Below are positions 28,018-37,239 of a stretch of DNA of 64,000 bases, one piece after another. The DNA is from Acidimicrobiales bacterium (lineage in GTDB: Bacteria > Actinomycetota > Acidimicrobiia > Acidimicrobiales > Aldehydirespiratoraceae). Under the pieces are notes generated by a model. That model was not told where the DNA came from. It was given only the letters and a program-made list of their open reading frames with translations, and did not search any database. Numbering within the stretch: position 1 is the first letter of the stretch; every line of letters begins with the position of its first letter. Made by a program: the position numbers and the translations under genes. The stretch covers positions 3,392,011 through 3,456,010 of the forward strand of contig OZ220692.1 in assembly GCA_965116485.1 (NCBI GenBank), in the 5' to 3' direction.

Positions 28018-28112
28018 TGTTTCCCGCTCTTGTTCGCTTCGCTCAAAGGGCCGCTCGGGCTACGGCCTCCTCGTATGAACCGTCTGCGCGCGGAGATTGG
28101 CTCGGCCTCTGA
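28017..28112 (+). other. Intergenic 31-codon mini-ORF coupled to soxB (TAGTG) and soxD (TGATG), MIRU-like
   Basis: GTG 28017 overlaps the soxB stop. The frame stays open to TGA 28110-28112, which overlaps soxD ATG 28112. Confidence 0.55.
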
Positions 28113-28414
28113 TGTTACTAGTCCCCTGTCCTCATTGCGGTCCCCGAAACTCCGCCGACATGTCCTATCAGGGCGAGGCATCGAGCCGTCCCGATCCGTC
28201 ATCGACAACGCCCACCCAGTGGCGTGACTACCTCTACATGGAACACAACCCCGCGGGCTGGCTGAGGGAGAACTGGTACTGCAGCAGCGGCTGCCGCCGT
28301 TTCTTCACCGTTGAACGCCACACGGTCACATCGGAGTTTCGCGAACCACCGCTGCCCGGATCCAAGACCGCCAGACCTAGTTCCGACGCAGACCAGCAGG
28401 GAGGTGAGTCGTGA
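28112..28414 (+). CDS. soxD: Sarcosine oxidase subunit delta
   Basis: MLLVPCPHCGPR, W.DYLY..NPAG, GCRRFF.VERHTVT. Confidence 0.9.
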   Translation: MLLVPCPHCGPRNSADMSYQGEASSRPDPSSTTPTQWRDYLYMEHNPAGWLRENWYCSSGCRRFFTVERHTVTSEFREPPLPGSKTARPSSDADQQGGES

Positions 28415-31266
28415 TCCGCCGACTCGAACCCCAGTCCGGTGAGGTCATCGACCGCGAGGCACCGCTCAAGTTCACCTGGAACTCCAAAAAATACGTCGGC
28501 TGTGCCGGCGACACGATCGTCTCGGCTCTGCTGGCCAACAACCAGCAGGTCTTCTCCCGCTCGATGAAGTACCACCGGCCTCGGGGAGTGCTGACCGCCG
28601 ACTACTGGGATCCGAACACGACCGTGCAGGTCGGAACCGAGCCCAACGTCCGAGGAGCGCACCGTCTTCTCGAGGCCGACATGAAGATCTCGGCACAGAA
28701 CGCCTGGCCGTCACTCGATTTCGATATCAAAGCGGCCAACGGGTTGTTCGGCCGATTCCTGACCGCGGGCTTCTATTACAAGACCTTCATCAAACCGCAG
28801 CGACTCTGGCCGCTGTATGAGAAAGTCCTGGCCCGTTTCGCTCCCGGAGGCGTAGTTGATCTCGACACGCCTCACGGTTACCACGACAAGCGCTACACGC
28901 ACCCTGATGTCGTCGTTGCCGGCGGTGGCCCTGCGGGGCTGGCAGCGGCCATCAGCGCGGCCAAGGCGGGTATGAGCGTGATGCTCGTGGAACAGAACCA
29001 TCGTCTCGGGGGCCATCTCCGCTGGGGAACCGACCAGGATCGAGATACCGCCGATGATCTTGAAGAGGCCGCCCGCGACGCGGGGGTGGAGATCCTGACC
29101 GACTCCGCGGTGACCGGGCGCTACGACGACAATTGGATCGCGATCTCCCAACGGAACCATCCCGGAGTGGTCGAACGGCTCATCAAGGCTCGGGCCAAGA
29201 CCCTGGTGGTGGCGGCCGGGCTGGTCGAGCGGCCCTATGTGTTCTCGGGCAACGATCTACCCGGGGTGATGCTGTCCGGGGCTGCCCGACGGCTGATCAA
29301 CATGTACGCCGTCCGTCCCGGCAATCGCGCCGTTGTGCTCACCGCCAACGCCGAAGGCGACGCCACGGTCGCCGATCTCGAACGCGCCGGGGTCGAGGTG
29401 GTTCAGGTGGTGGACGCCCGGGCCGGCGAGACAATATCGAAGGCCACCGGCAGTTCCAAACAACTCGATTCGGTCACCTTGGCAGACGGCTCGACAGTCA
29501 AAGCCGACCTGCTGGTCACCGCGGCAGGCTGGACTGCACCCACCTCGCTGCTCAACATGTCCGGCGATCGACCGAGCTACGACCCGGCCGCAGCACGCTT
29601 CTTCCCCACCGCGCTGCCCGACAACATGATCGCCACCGGTGGACTTGTGGGTGACGGCAGCCTCGACGAACTGATCGCCCACGGCATCAGCAGCGGAGAG
29701 CTCGCCGCGCAGCGAGCGGCAGCCGTCAAGCACAGGCTGCGCTCCACGGTCACCCGCGCCCAGAACCCCGAGGGACCGGAACCAGCTGTACCACAGGATC
29801 GCCGCATCGGCCTGTCGCGCGCGCCCCACCCCGAGCTGTACCGTTCCGACACTCACGGAATGGTCGACTTCTCTGAAGACGTCAGCTCAAAAGACCTGGT
29901 GAGCGCAGCCGCTGAGGGATTCGACTCGGTCGAGCTCGTCAAGCGCTTCACCACGGCCACGATGGGACCGTCGCAAGGCAAACTCGAGACCGTCAACACG
30001 GTCGCGGTCCTTGCTGAGGCACGCGGCGAGACCATCGAGGAGGTCGGCACCACCGTGTGGCGCCCGCCCTACGCTCCGATCAGCCTCGGGGCGCTGGCCG
30101 GTCGAGTCTTTGAACCGGTGCGCGTGTCGTCGCTTCACGAGTGGCACACCGACCACAACATGACTCCAATTCTCGCAGGCCAATGGATCCGGCCCGAGCA
30201 CTACGGCGACCCCAACGCCGAAGTCACCAACGTGCGAACCAACGTCGGGATCATCGACGTGACCCCGCTGGGCAAACTGGATCTTCGGGGACCCGACGTT
30301 CCCAAACTGCTCAACCTGCTCTACACCAACAAATGGTCGAAACTGCCGATCGGTCGGGTCCGTTACGGCATGATGTGTGCCGAGGACGGTGTGGTGCTCG
30401 ACGACGGCGTGACCGGCCGACTGGGCGAAGACCACTACCTGATGACCACCACCAGTTCCGGCGCCGGGCAGATCTGGCAATGGGTCGAAATGTGGCTCCA
30501 AACCGAGCACCCTGACTGGCAGGTGCATGTCACTCCCGTCACGACAGGGTTCACGAGCATCAACATTGCCGGACCCAAATCCCGTGAGCTGCTGATGCGC
30601 CTGGTCGAAGACGTGGACCTCAGCGCAGAAGCGTTCGAATACATGAACGTCCGCACCGGCACAATCGCCGGAGTTCCCGACTGTTTCATGTGGCGCATCG
30701 GTTTCACCGGTGAGCTCAGCTTCGAAGTTCACGTGCCCGCCGGTTTCGGCCTGCATGTCTGGGAGCAGCTGATCGAGAAGGGCGCCGACCTCGGAATCAA
30801 ACCTTTCGGGCTCGAAGCGCAGAGGATCATGCGGCTGGAGAAGGGGCATTTCATCGTCGGCCAGGACACCGACGGGCTGACCAAAGCCCCGACCACGGGC
30901 TTGACCCCGCTGATCAAACTAGACAAGGACGACTTCGCCGGCAAACCCGAGCTCGAATGGGCGCTCGGCGCCGACGCACCCGAGTTGCCGGTGCTGGTCG
31001 CCATCACTCCGACGGACCCCCGCCTCGTACCCGACGAGGCCTGTCAGATTCTGCGTGAAGGCACAACCGAGATCGTCGGGCGCATCACCAGTTCCCGTTT
31101 CTCGCCCAGCCTGCAACGCTCAATCTGTCTTGGTCAGGTGACACCCGAGTTCGCTGCGGCCGGTACCATACTGACGGTGCGTCTATGTGACGGTACCGAC
31201 ACCACCGCGAGGGTGATGGAGCACCACGCGCACTTCGACCCCGAGGGGGTGCGTCTCCGTGGCTGA
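28411..31266 (+). CDS. soxA: Sarcosine oxidase subunit alpha
   Basis: GDTIVSALLAN, SRSMKYHRPRG, GGGPAGLAAA, KRFTTATMGPSQGK, and a GcvT-like C-terminus (GIIDVTPLGK, IGFTGELSFEV, RLEKG). Confidence 0.92.
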   Translation: MIRRLEPQSGEVIDREAPLKFTWNSKKYVGCAGDTIVSALLANNQQVFSRSMKYHRPRGVLTADYWDPNTTVQVGTEPNVRGAHRLLEADMKISAQNAWPSLDFDIKAANGLFGRFLTAGFYYKTFIKPQRLWPLYEKVLARFAPGGVVDLDTPHGYHDKRYTHPDVVVAGGGPAGLAAAISAAKAGMSVMLVEQNHRLGGHLRWGTDQDRDTADDLEEAARDAGVEILTDSAVTGRYDDNWIAISQRNHPGVVERLIKARAKTLVVAAGLVERPYVFSGNDLPGVMLSGAARRLINMYAVRPGNRAVVLTANAEGDATVADLERAGVEVVQVVDARAGETISKATGSSKQLDSVTLADGSTVKADLLVTAAGWTAPTSLLNMSGDRPSYDPAAARFFPTALPDNMIATGGLVGDGSLDELIAHGISSGELAAQRAAAVKHRLRSTVTRAQNPEGPEPAVPQDRRIGLSRAPHPELYRSDTHGMVDFSEDVSSKDLVSAAAEGFDSVELVKRFTTATMGPSQGKLETVNTVAVLAEARGETIEEVGTTVWRPPYAPISLGALAGRVFEPVRVSSLHEWHTDHNMTPILAGQWIRPEHYGDPNAEVTNVRTNVGIIDVTPLGKLDLRGPDVPKLLNLLYTNKWSKLPIGRVRYGMMCAEDGVVLDDGVTGRLGEDHYLMTTTSSGAGQIWQWVEMWLQTEHPDWQVHVTPVTTGFTSINIAGPKSRELLMRLVEDVDLSAEAFEYMNVRTGTIAGVPDCFMWRIGFTGELSFEVHVPAGFGLHVWEQLIEKGADLGIKPFGLEAQRIMRLEKGHFIVGQDTDGLTKAPTTGLTPLIKLDKDDFAGKPELEWALGADAPELPVLVAITPTDPRLVPDEACQILREGTTEIVGRITSSRFSPSLQRSICLGQVTPEFAAAGTILTVRLCDGTDTTARVMEHHAHFDPEGVRLRG

Positions 31267-31798
31267 ACCCGAGTTCCGCAGTTCCATCACGACGCTCGCT
31301 GCCACAACTGTGGGCGCTCCGGCGTTGACCGACGAGTCTGCGCTGACCAAGGTGAGCGTGAGGACTCGAGTCGGAGCCTCGCCGCTCGGCGTCGACTTCA
31401 CACGCGCCACCAGGCGCGACGGTGTGCTCATAGCCGGCATCCGTCCCGACGAATGGCTGCTGCTGGGCAACCCCGACGAGGTGGAAGCGCTGCTCACCAG
31501 CGCCGAATTCGATGCATCCGTCAACCAGATCGACATCACCCACAGCCGACTGTGTCTGCGGTTGACCGGACCACGCAGCGCATCCGCTCTCGAGAAAGTC
31601 TGCAGTCTCGACTTCGACGATTTGATGTTTCCCGACGGTGCCACTGGCTCTGCCTCGGTGGCCAAGGTCAGCTCTGATCTGATCCGCGACGACTCCGACG
31701 GCCGGCCCTCCTATCTGCTGCTCGCCGATCGTTCCTTCGGGCAGTATCTCTACGACGCGATCCACGACGCCACCGCGGAGTTCGCAGACAACGCGTAG
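31259..31798 (+). CDS. soxG: Sarcosine oxidase subunit gamma
   Basis: PDEWLL, DITH...LRLTGP, L.KVCSLD, DRSFGQYL. Follows soxA. Confidence 0.85.
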   Translation: MAEPEFRSSITTLAATTVGAPALTDESALTKVSVRTRVGASPLGVDFTRATRRDGVLIAGIRPDEWLLLGNPDEVEALLTSAEFDASVNQIDITHSRLCLRLTGPRSASALEKVCSLDFDDLMFPDGATGSASVAKVSSDLIRDDSDGRPSYLLLADRSFGQYLYDAIHDATAEFADNA

Positions 31799-31860
31799 CT
31801 GACGGCAGCCCGATCCTCCCGACTGCTGAGATCAATCGTCTGGGCGTTAGCTTCTAGCCC

Positions 31861-34116
31861 ATGGCAAGAGTCGGTCGTGTTGATATAGCTCCCGCGCTCG
31901 TCGACTTCGTTGCAAATGAGTTGACCCCTGACTCAGGTGTGACTGAAGCAGAGTTCTGGGCGGCCTTCGAAGCGATAGCGGCCGATCTCGGTCCTCGCTA
32001 TACGGCTCTGCTGGATCGGCGCGACGAACTTCAACACAAGATCGCCACCTGGCACGTTGCAAACCGTGAGAATGCCAACCGCGAGCACTTTGACTCGAAC
32101 ACATACACCGAGTTCCTGCGTGAGATCGGCTACCTGCAAGACGAGCCGCGCGATGTCACCGTGACCACCGAGAATGTCGATCCTGAGATAACTTCGATCG
32201 CCGCTCCCCAACTCGTCGTGCCTCTCGACAATGCCCGCTACGCACTCAACGCAGCCAACGCCCGCTGGGGCAGCTTCTACGATGCGCTCTACGGAACCGA
32301 TGTCATCAGCGACGAGGGCGGTGCTGAGGCCGGCAGCGGCTACAACCCGGTCCGCGGCAGCAAGGTGATCGCCCACGCCCGAGAATTCCTCGACCGCCAC
32401 GCACCCTTGGAATCCGGCAGCCACGCCGACGCCACCGCGTACGCCGTCAACGACGGATCACTCACCGTCACCCTCGCCGACAACAAGCCCACCACGCTCA
32501 AAGATCATTCGCAGTTCGTCGGATACATGGGCAACCCCGACACGCCGACCTCGGTGCTGCTTCGCAAGCACGGTTTACACCTGTCGATTGAGATCGACAG
32601 GTCCGACAGCATCGGACGAGACGACGCCGCAGGCATCAGTGACATTCTGCTCGAGTCAGCGGTCACCGCCATTATGGACTGTGAGGACTCCGTGGCTGCC
32701 GTTGACGCCCAGGACAGAGTGGTCGTCTACCGAAACTGGCTGGGGCTGTTGAGGGGCACTCTCACGAGCTCTTTCGATAGGGCAGGCGAGACGATCAATC
32801 GACGGCTCAACGGTGACAGGAGCTTCGCCGCACCCGATGGCTCGCCGCTACCGATGGCGGGTCGCGCCCTGATGCTCGTGCGCAACACCGGGCACCACAT
32901 CCGCACCGACGCCGTCACCTTCGATGGCGAACCCGTCTTCGAGACGATTCTCGACACCATGATCAATTCTCTGGCGGCCAAACACGATCTGGACGGCAAC
33001 GGCAAGTACCGCAACAGCCACACTGGATCGGTCTACATCGTCAAACCCAAGCTTCACGGCCCCGACGAGGTGGCACTGGCCTGCGATCTGTTCGACCGCG
33101 TCGAAGACGCCCTCAATCTCGAGCGCCATACCCTCAAGATGGGGATCATGGACGAAGAACGACGCATGTCGCTCAACCTCGCCGCTGCGATCGACCGAGC
33201 CAAAGAACGGGTCGTGTTCATCAACACCGGCTTCCTCGACCGCACCGGTGACGGGATCCACACCGACATGGAAGCCGGGCCAGTGCTGCCGAAGGCTGAG
33301 ATCAAGGGAGCCAGGTGGTTCTCGGCCTACGAGGACAACAACGTCGATACGGGCCTGGCGTGCGGCTTGCAGAATCGGGCTCAAATCGGCAAGGGAATGT
33401 GGGCACAACCGTCCAACATGGCCGAGATGCTCGACACCAAGATCGACCATCCAATGGCCGGCGCCTCCTGCGCCTGGGTGCCGTCGCCGACTGCTGCCAC
33501 TCTCCACGCCACGCACTACTTCGAGGTCGACGTTGCCGCGCGTCAAGACGAATTGTCGAACCGACTGCGACGCTCGATCGGAGACCTGACGGCCATCCCT
33601 CTGCTTGATCGAGAGCTGAGCGCTGAGGAGATTCAGATCGAACTCGACAACAACGCCCAGAGCATCCTCGGCTACATCGTGCGCTGGGTCGGGAGCGGTG
33701 TCGGTTGCTCCACAGTGCCCAATATTCACAATGTGGGCCTGATGGAAGACCTCGCCACGCTGCGGATCTCCAGCCAACACGTCGCCAACTGGCTGCTGCA
33801 TGGAATTCTCAGCGAAGCACAGGTCCGCGCGACTCTGGCTCGCATAGCCGCCCAGGTAGACGAGCAGAACGCTGACGACCCGAGCTACCAGCCGATGGCC
33901 CCGGACCACGACAACTCGATCCCCTTCCAAGCTGCGGTGTCACTCGTGTTGGGGGGCCGCGACGAACCCAACGGCTACACCGAGCGGATCCTGCGAGAGC
34001 ACCGCCTCCGCGCGAAAGCCAAGCAGGATTTGGTCGAACGGGTCGCTGCCTTCGAACGCATCACCTTGCAAGAATCGGCGGCCGACGCAGTGCGCGCCGA
34101 ACGCGACGCACATTGA
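31861..34116 (+). CDS. glcB: Malate synthase G (with atypical C-terminal extension)
   Basis: PQLVVP..NARYALNAANARWGS, IMDCEDS, VKPKLHGP, KMGIMDEERR, INTGFLDRTGD, AWVPSPTAA, NGYTE. Confidence 0.95.
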   Translation: MARVGRVDIAPALVDFVANELTPDSGVTEAEFWAAFEAIAADLGPRYTALLDRRDELQHKIATWHVANRENANREHFDSNTYTEFLREIGYLQDEPRDVTVTTENVDPEITSIAAPQLVVPLDNARYALNAANARWGSFYDALYGTDVISDEGGAEAGSGYNPVRGSKVIAHAREFLDRHAPLESGSHADATAYAVNDGSLTVTLADNKPTTLKDHSQFVGYMGNPDTPTSVLLRKHGLHLSIEIDRSDSIGRDDAAGISDILLESAVTAIMDCEDSVAAVDAQDRVVVYRNWLGLLRGTLTSSFDRAGETINRRLNGDRSFAAPDGSPLPMAGRALMLVRNTGHHIRTDAVTFDGEPVFETILDTMINSLAAKHDLDGNGKYRNSHTGSVYIVKPKLHGPDEVALACDLFDRVEDALNLERHTLKMGIMDEERRMSLNLAAAIDRAKERVVFINTGFLDRTGDGIHTDMEAGPVLPKAEIKGARWFSAYEDNNVDTGLACGLQNRAQIGKGMWAQPSNMAEMLDTKIDHPMAGASCAWVPSPTAATLHATHYFEVDVAARQDELSNRLRRSIGDLTAIPLLDRELSAEEIQIELDNNAQSILGYIVRWVGSGVGCSTVPNIHNVGLMEDLATLRISSQHVANWLLHGILSEAQVRATLARIAAQVDEQNADDPSYQPMAPDHDNSIPFQAAVSLVLGGRDEPNGYTERILREHRLRAKAKQDLVERVAAFERITLQESAADAVRAERDAH

Positions 34117-34164
34117 TCGTCCTTGAAATGTAGTTTGGCCACACTTAACCAACGGCGGAACACA

Positions 34165-34584
34165 ATGACGCAGCTTCTTTGGACCAACCAATTCCGAGAC
34201 CGGCTACTTGAGGTCCAAAGCTCGAATCGCGCACGCGCTCGTAACATCGGTGCCGCAATTGCCTATCTCAACGACTTTGGTCGATCCGCAGTCACCCCCG
34301 ATGTCAAGTGGAACCTAGCTACGTCGGAATTCACGACGAACTCGGGGGAAATCCGTTGGCCGGACCCCGAAGATCAGGAACGATATCCAAACGATGCGTG
34401 GAGAGGTCTCTTCGTCGCAGCGACCGATACGTCTTGGATCCTGTTCACCCTGCTCGGCAACAAAGCGGGCAAACCGGACTGGTACCAAAAGGCCGTGCCA
34501 TTGAGCGACAGCCGAGCCAGGGAATACCGAATCGATAGGGAGGCGGCCAACGAGCCTATCAAGAATTTTCCTAAAATCGTATAG
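34165..34584 (+). CDS. Putative RelE/HigB (Gp49-like) toxin, divergent
   Basis: About 139 aa with L..FGR...P.VK..L.TS, GEIR, LL.GNKAG..WY..AVP..D. Lies upstream of an HTH gene. Confidence 0.55.
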   Translation: MTQLLWTNQFRDRLLEVQSSNRARARNIGAAIAYLNDFGRSAVTPDVKWNLATSEFTTNSGEIRWPDPEDQERYPNDAWRGLFVAATDTSWILFTLLGNKAGKPDWYQKAVPLSDSRAREYRIDREAANEPIKNFPKIV

Positions 34585-34606
34585 ATTTGCCTATACACAT
34601 ATAGAT

Positions 34607-34990
34607 ATGTCTAAACTAGCGAACAGTAAATGTCCAGAGCACATGGATCCTGGAAAACCTGACATGAACACCGACACCAGCACCGTCACGAGTTTTACAA
34701 TCGACGAGCTACGCGACCGCGATCCTGAAGGGTTCGACACCGCGTACGAAGAAATCATGCAGCGCCACTGGCTCGCGGTAATTCGGCAAAGATCCGACCG
34801 CACCCTTTCCCAAGTCGCTGATGAACGCGGTGTCACCAAGGGCGCTGCACACCAAACCGAAACCAAGCCCTTCGCAAGCCTCAGGGTCGGAACATTCATA
34901 GGACAACTCAGAGGTTGCGGCTACGACGTCGACGAGGAGTGGCTCATCACCACCATCACCAACGCACTGGGTACCGCGCCACGAACCTGA
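34607..34990 (+). CDS. Putative HigA-like Xre/HTH antitoxin (start may be 34643 or 34664)
   Basis: LAVIRQRSDRTLSQVADERGVTKGAAHQTE...LRVGTF...LRGCG, a degenerate Cro/Xre HTH. Confidence 0.6.
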   Translation: MSKLANSKCPEHMDPGKPDMNTDTSTVTSFTIDELRDRDPEGFDTAYEEIMQRHWLAVIRQRSDRTLSQVADERGVTKGAAHQTETKPFASLRVGTFIGQLRGCGYDVDEEWLITTITNALGTAPRT

Positions 34991-35027
34991 TCCCGGGCAC
35001 TGGGGTTAGCAGGATCAATTCGCTAGA

Positions 35028-35552
35028 TCAATGGTTGTGAAGATGCGCCTGCTCGTGGTTCAAGAGGAATTCCTTGATCGGCAGACCACCGCCGTAGCCC
35101 GTGAGCGATCCGTCGGAGCCGACGATGCGATGGCAGGGCAGCACGATCGGAACCGGGTTCCGGCCGTTGGCCGCGCCGATCGCCCGCACCGCGTTCGGAC
35201 GGCCGATCGCTTCCGCCTGCTGTCTGTAAGAGCGCGTCTCACCGAAGGGCACGCCGGCCAGAGCCGACCAAGCAGCCCGCTGGAACTCGGTACCCGTCAG
35301 GTCGAGCGGGATGTCGAATTCTTGGCGTTGCCCCGCGAAGTACTCCTCGAGTTGCGAGGTTGCCGCGGCGAGCACCGGATGGTCGTCGGCCTTGGCCGGG
35401 TCGCTGCCTGAACCCACACTGCTCGAACCCATACTGCTCGAATCCACACTGTCACCCGCCTGCTGGTCGAACAGCAGATGACTCAAGCCCTGGTCGGTCG
35501 CAACCAGACGGAGTCTTCCGATCGGCGAATCAAGTTGTTTTGTCGAGGTCAT
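35028..35552 (-). CDS. ogt: Methylated-DNA--protein-cysteine S-methyltransferase
   Basis: DSPIG, GTEFQ, VPFGETRSY, RAIGAANGRNP, PCHR, LTGYGGG. Confidence 0.95.
   Translation of the reverse strand: MTSTKQLDSPIGRLRLVATDQGLSHLLFDQQAGDSVDSSSMGSSSVGSGSDPAKADDHPVLAAATSQLEEYFAGQRQEFDIPLDLTGTEFQRAAWSALAGVPFGETRSYRQQAEAIGRPNAVRAIGAANGRNPVPIVLPCHRIVGSDGSLTGYGGGLPIKEFLLNHEQAHLHNH
35410..35453. repeat. 15-bp imperfect tandem repeat x3 inside ogt
   Basis: gaacccacactgctc / gaacccatactgctc / gaatccacactgtc, encoding the Ser-rich insert DSSSMGSSSVGS. Confidence 0.7.
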
Positions 35553-35592
35553 CCACCGACACTATCGCCGCGAACTGGGCTAGAAACAGTGC

Positions 35593-37239
35593 GTGAGCAA
35601 TCCTCTCCTTACCCCCGCGAGCCGAGCGGATCTGCTCGATGAACTCGAGGCGGACACCTACGACGTGATCGTGGTCGGCGGCGGAATCACAGGTGCCGGA
35701 ATCGCCCGCGAAGCCGCTGGCAGGGGCCTGCGAACAGCCCTCGTGGAAGCCGACGACTTCGCCGCGGGCACGTCCGGGCGATCCTCGAAACTGATCCACG
35801 GCGGACTCCGCTACCTGGCCGGCGGGGAGGTTGATCTGGTCCGCAAGACCGTGACCGAACGCACCGCGGTCCACGCAATGGCACCCCATTTGGCCGAACC
35901 GTGCTGGATGGTCGTGCCCGCTCGCAACCGTATGACTGCGACCAAGTTTCGTGCCGGTATCGCAACCTACGAACGGTTGGGGGCAGTCGGTGACGAAGAC
36001 CGGCATAAGCTCTGGCGCAAGGACGAGATCCGCGCCCACGAACCGCTGCTGCGGACAGACACCTACGATTCTGCGGTCGCATACCGCGAGTATCTGACCG
36101 ACGACGCCCGGCTCGTGCTCGCAGTGCTCCGGGCCGCGGCGCAGTCCGGTGCGACCGTGGCCTCCCGCCTGAAGGTGACTGGTCTCAACGACCGAAACGG
36201 GCAGATCAACGGAGTGACGGCCGAATGCGCAATCACCGGACGAGAAGTGCGTGTAGCCGCGGACATCGTGGTCAACGCCGCAGGTCCATGGGTGGACGAG
36301 ATCGCTCGTATGGAACAGAACCCGCCCGCATCGCTGCTGCACCTCTCAAAGGGGATCCATGTGGTGGTGCCCCGCGAGCGGTTCGGTGTCAACCACCTGG
36401 TCATCTGCAACACCTCTGACCGACGCTCTATCTTTGCGATCCCCCGCGGCGATGTCGTCTACATCGGCACCACCGACACCAGCTACCGAGGCGAGCGCCC
36501 ACTGTGGCCCGAGATTGACCTCGAAGACGTGGAGTATCTGTTGGACCCCATGGCCCGTTACTTCGACGTCGAACCTCTCTCGCCCGGCGATGTAGTGGCG
36601 GCTTGGGCCGGTGTACGACCGCTGATCGCGACGAAGGGCAAGGCGCCCAAGGAACTGTCGCGCAAAGACGAGGTGACAGTCGGACCCGGCCGGATGATCT
36701 CCATCGCGGGCGGCAAACTCACGGGCTTTCGGCGTATGGCCGAAGACGTCCTCGAAGTCGTGGGCGAGCAACTCGGCACCGAACTCGCCCCAGGACCCGG
36801 TACAACCCCGATTCCCGGCGGGAGTCCAACGGCGGTCGATTCGGAGGACCATCAGGCCCTGCGCTTGTGGCGGCTCTACGGCAGCGAAGCCGAGAAGGTC
36901 CGTTCGCTTGACCCGGCGCGCCTGGTCGATGATACGCCCGTGGTCGGAGGTGAAGTGGACTGGGCCGTGCAGGTCGAGGCGGCGATGACGCTGGAGGATG
37001 TGGTTTACCGTCGCCTGAGAGTTGCCTGGTTCGTCCCCCAGCGCCGTTGGGAACTGGCCACTGCTATTTCCGAGCGGATGGCCGGTCTTGCTGGTTGGTC
37101 AGATGAACGACTCGACGCGGAACTGGCGAGCGTGCACAGCCGTTTCGACGACGAACTCGCCTTCATGTCCGAGGCGGCGGGCGCGTCACCAATGGCAGGC
37201 GCGTCCGGAGTGTCGGGAGCATCCAGAGTGTCCAGATGA
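35593..37239 (+). CDS. glpD: FAD-dependent glycerol-3-phosphate dehydrogenase/oxidase family
   Basis: YDVIVVGGGITGAG, GTSGRSSKLIHGGLRYL, DDARL, NAAGPW, KGIH, GTTD, GGKLT. Confidence 0.88.
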   Translation: MSNPLLTPASRADLLDELEADTYDVIVVGGGITGAGIAREAAGRGLRTALVEADDFAAGTSGRSSKLIHGGLRYLAGGEVDLVRKTVTERTAVHAMAPHLAEPCWMVVPARNRMTATKFRAGIATYERLGAVGDEDRHKLWRKDEIRAHEPLLRTDTYDSAVAYREYLTDDARLVLAVLRAAAQSGATVASRLKVTGLNDRNGQINGVTAECAITGREVRVAADIVVNAAGPWVDEIARMEQNPPASLLHLSKGIHVVVPRERFGVNHLVICNTSDRRSIFAIPRGDVVYIGTTDTSYRGERPLWPEIDLEDVEYLLDPMARYFDVEPLSPGDVVAAWAGVRPLIATKGKAPKELSRKDEVTVGPGRMISIAGGKLTGFRRMAEDVLEVVGEQLGTELAPGPGTTPIPGGSPTAVDSEDHQALRLWRLYGSEAEKVRSLDPARLVDDTPVVGGEVDWAVQVEAAMTLEDVVYRRLRVAWFVPQRRWELATAISERMAGLAGWSDERLDAELASVHSRFDDELAFMSEAAGASPMAGASGVSGASRVSR

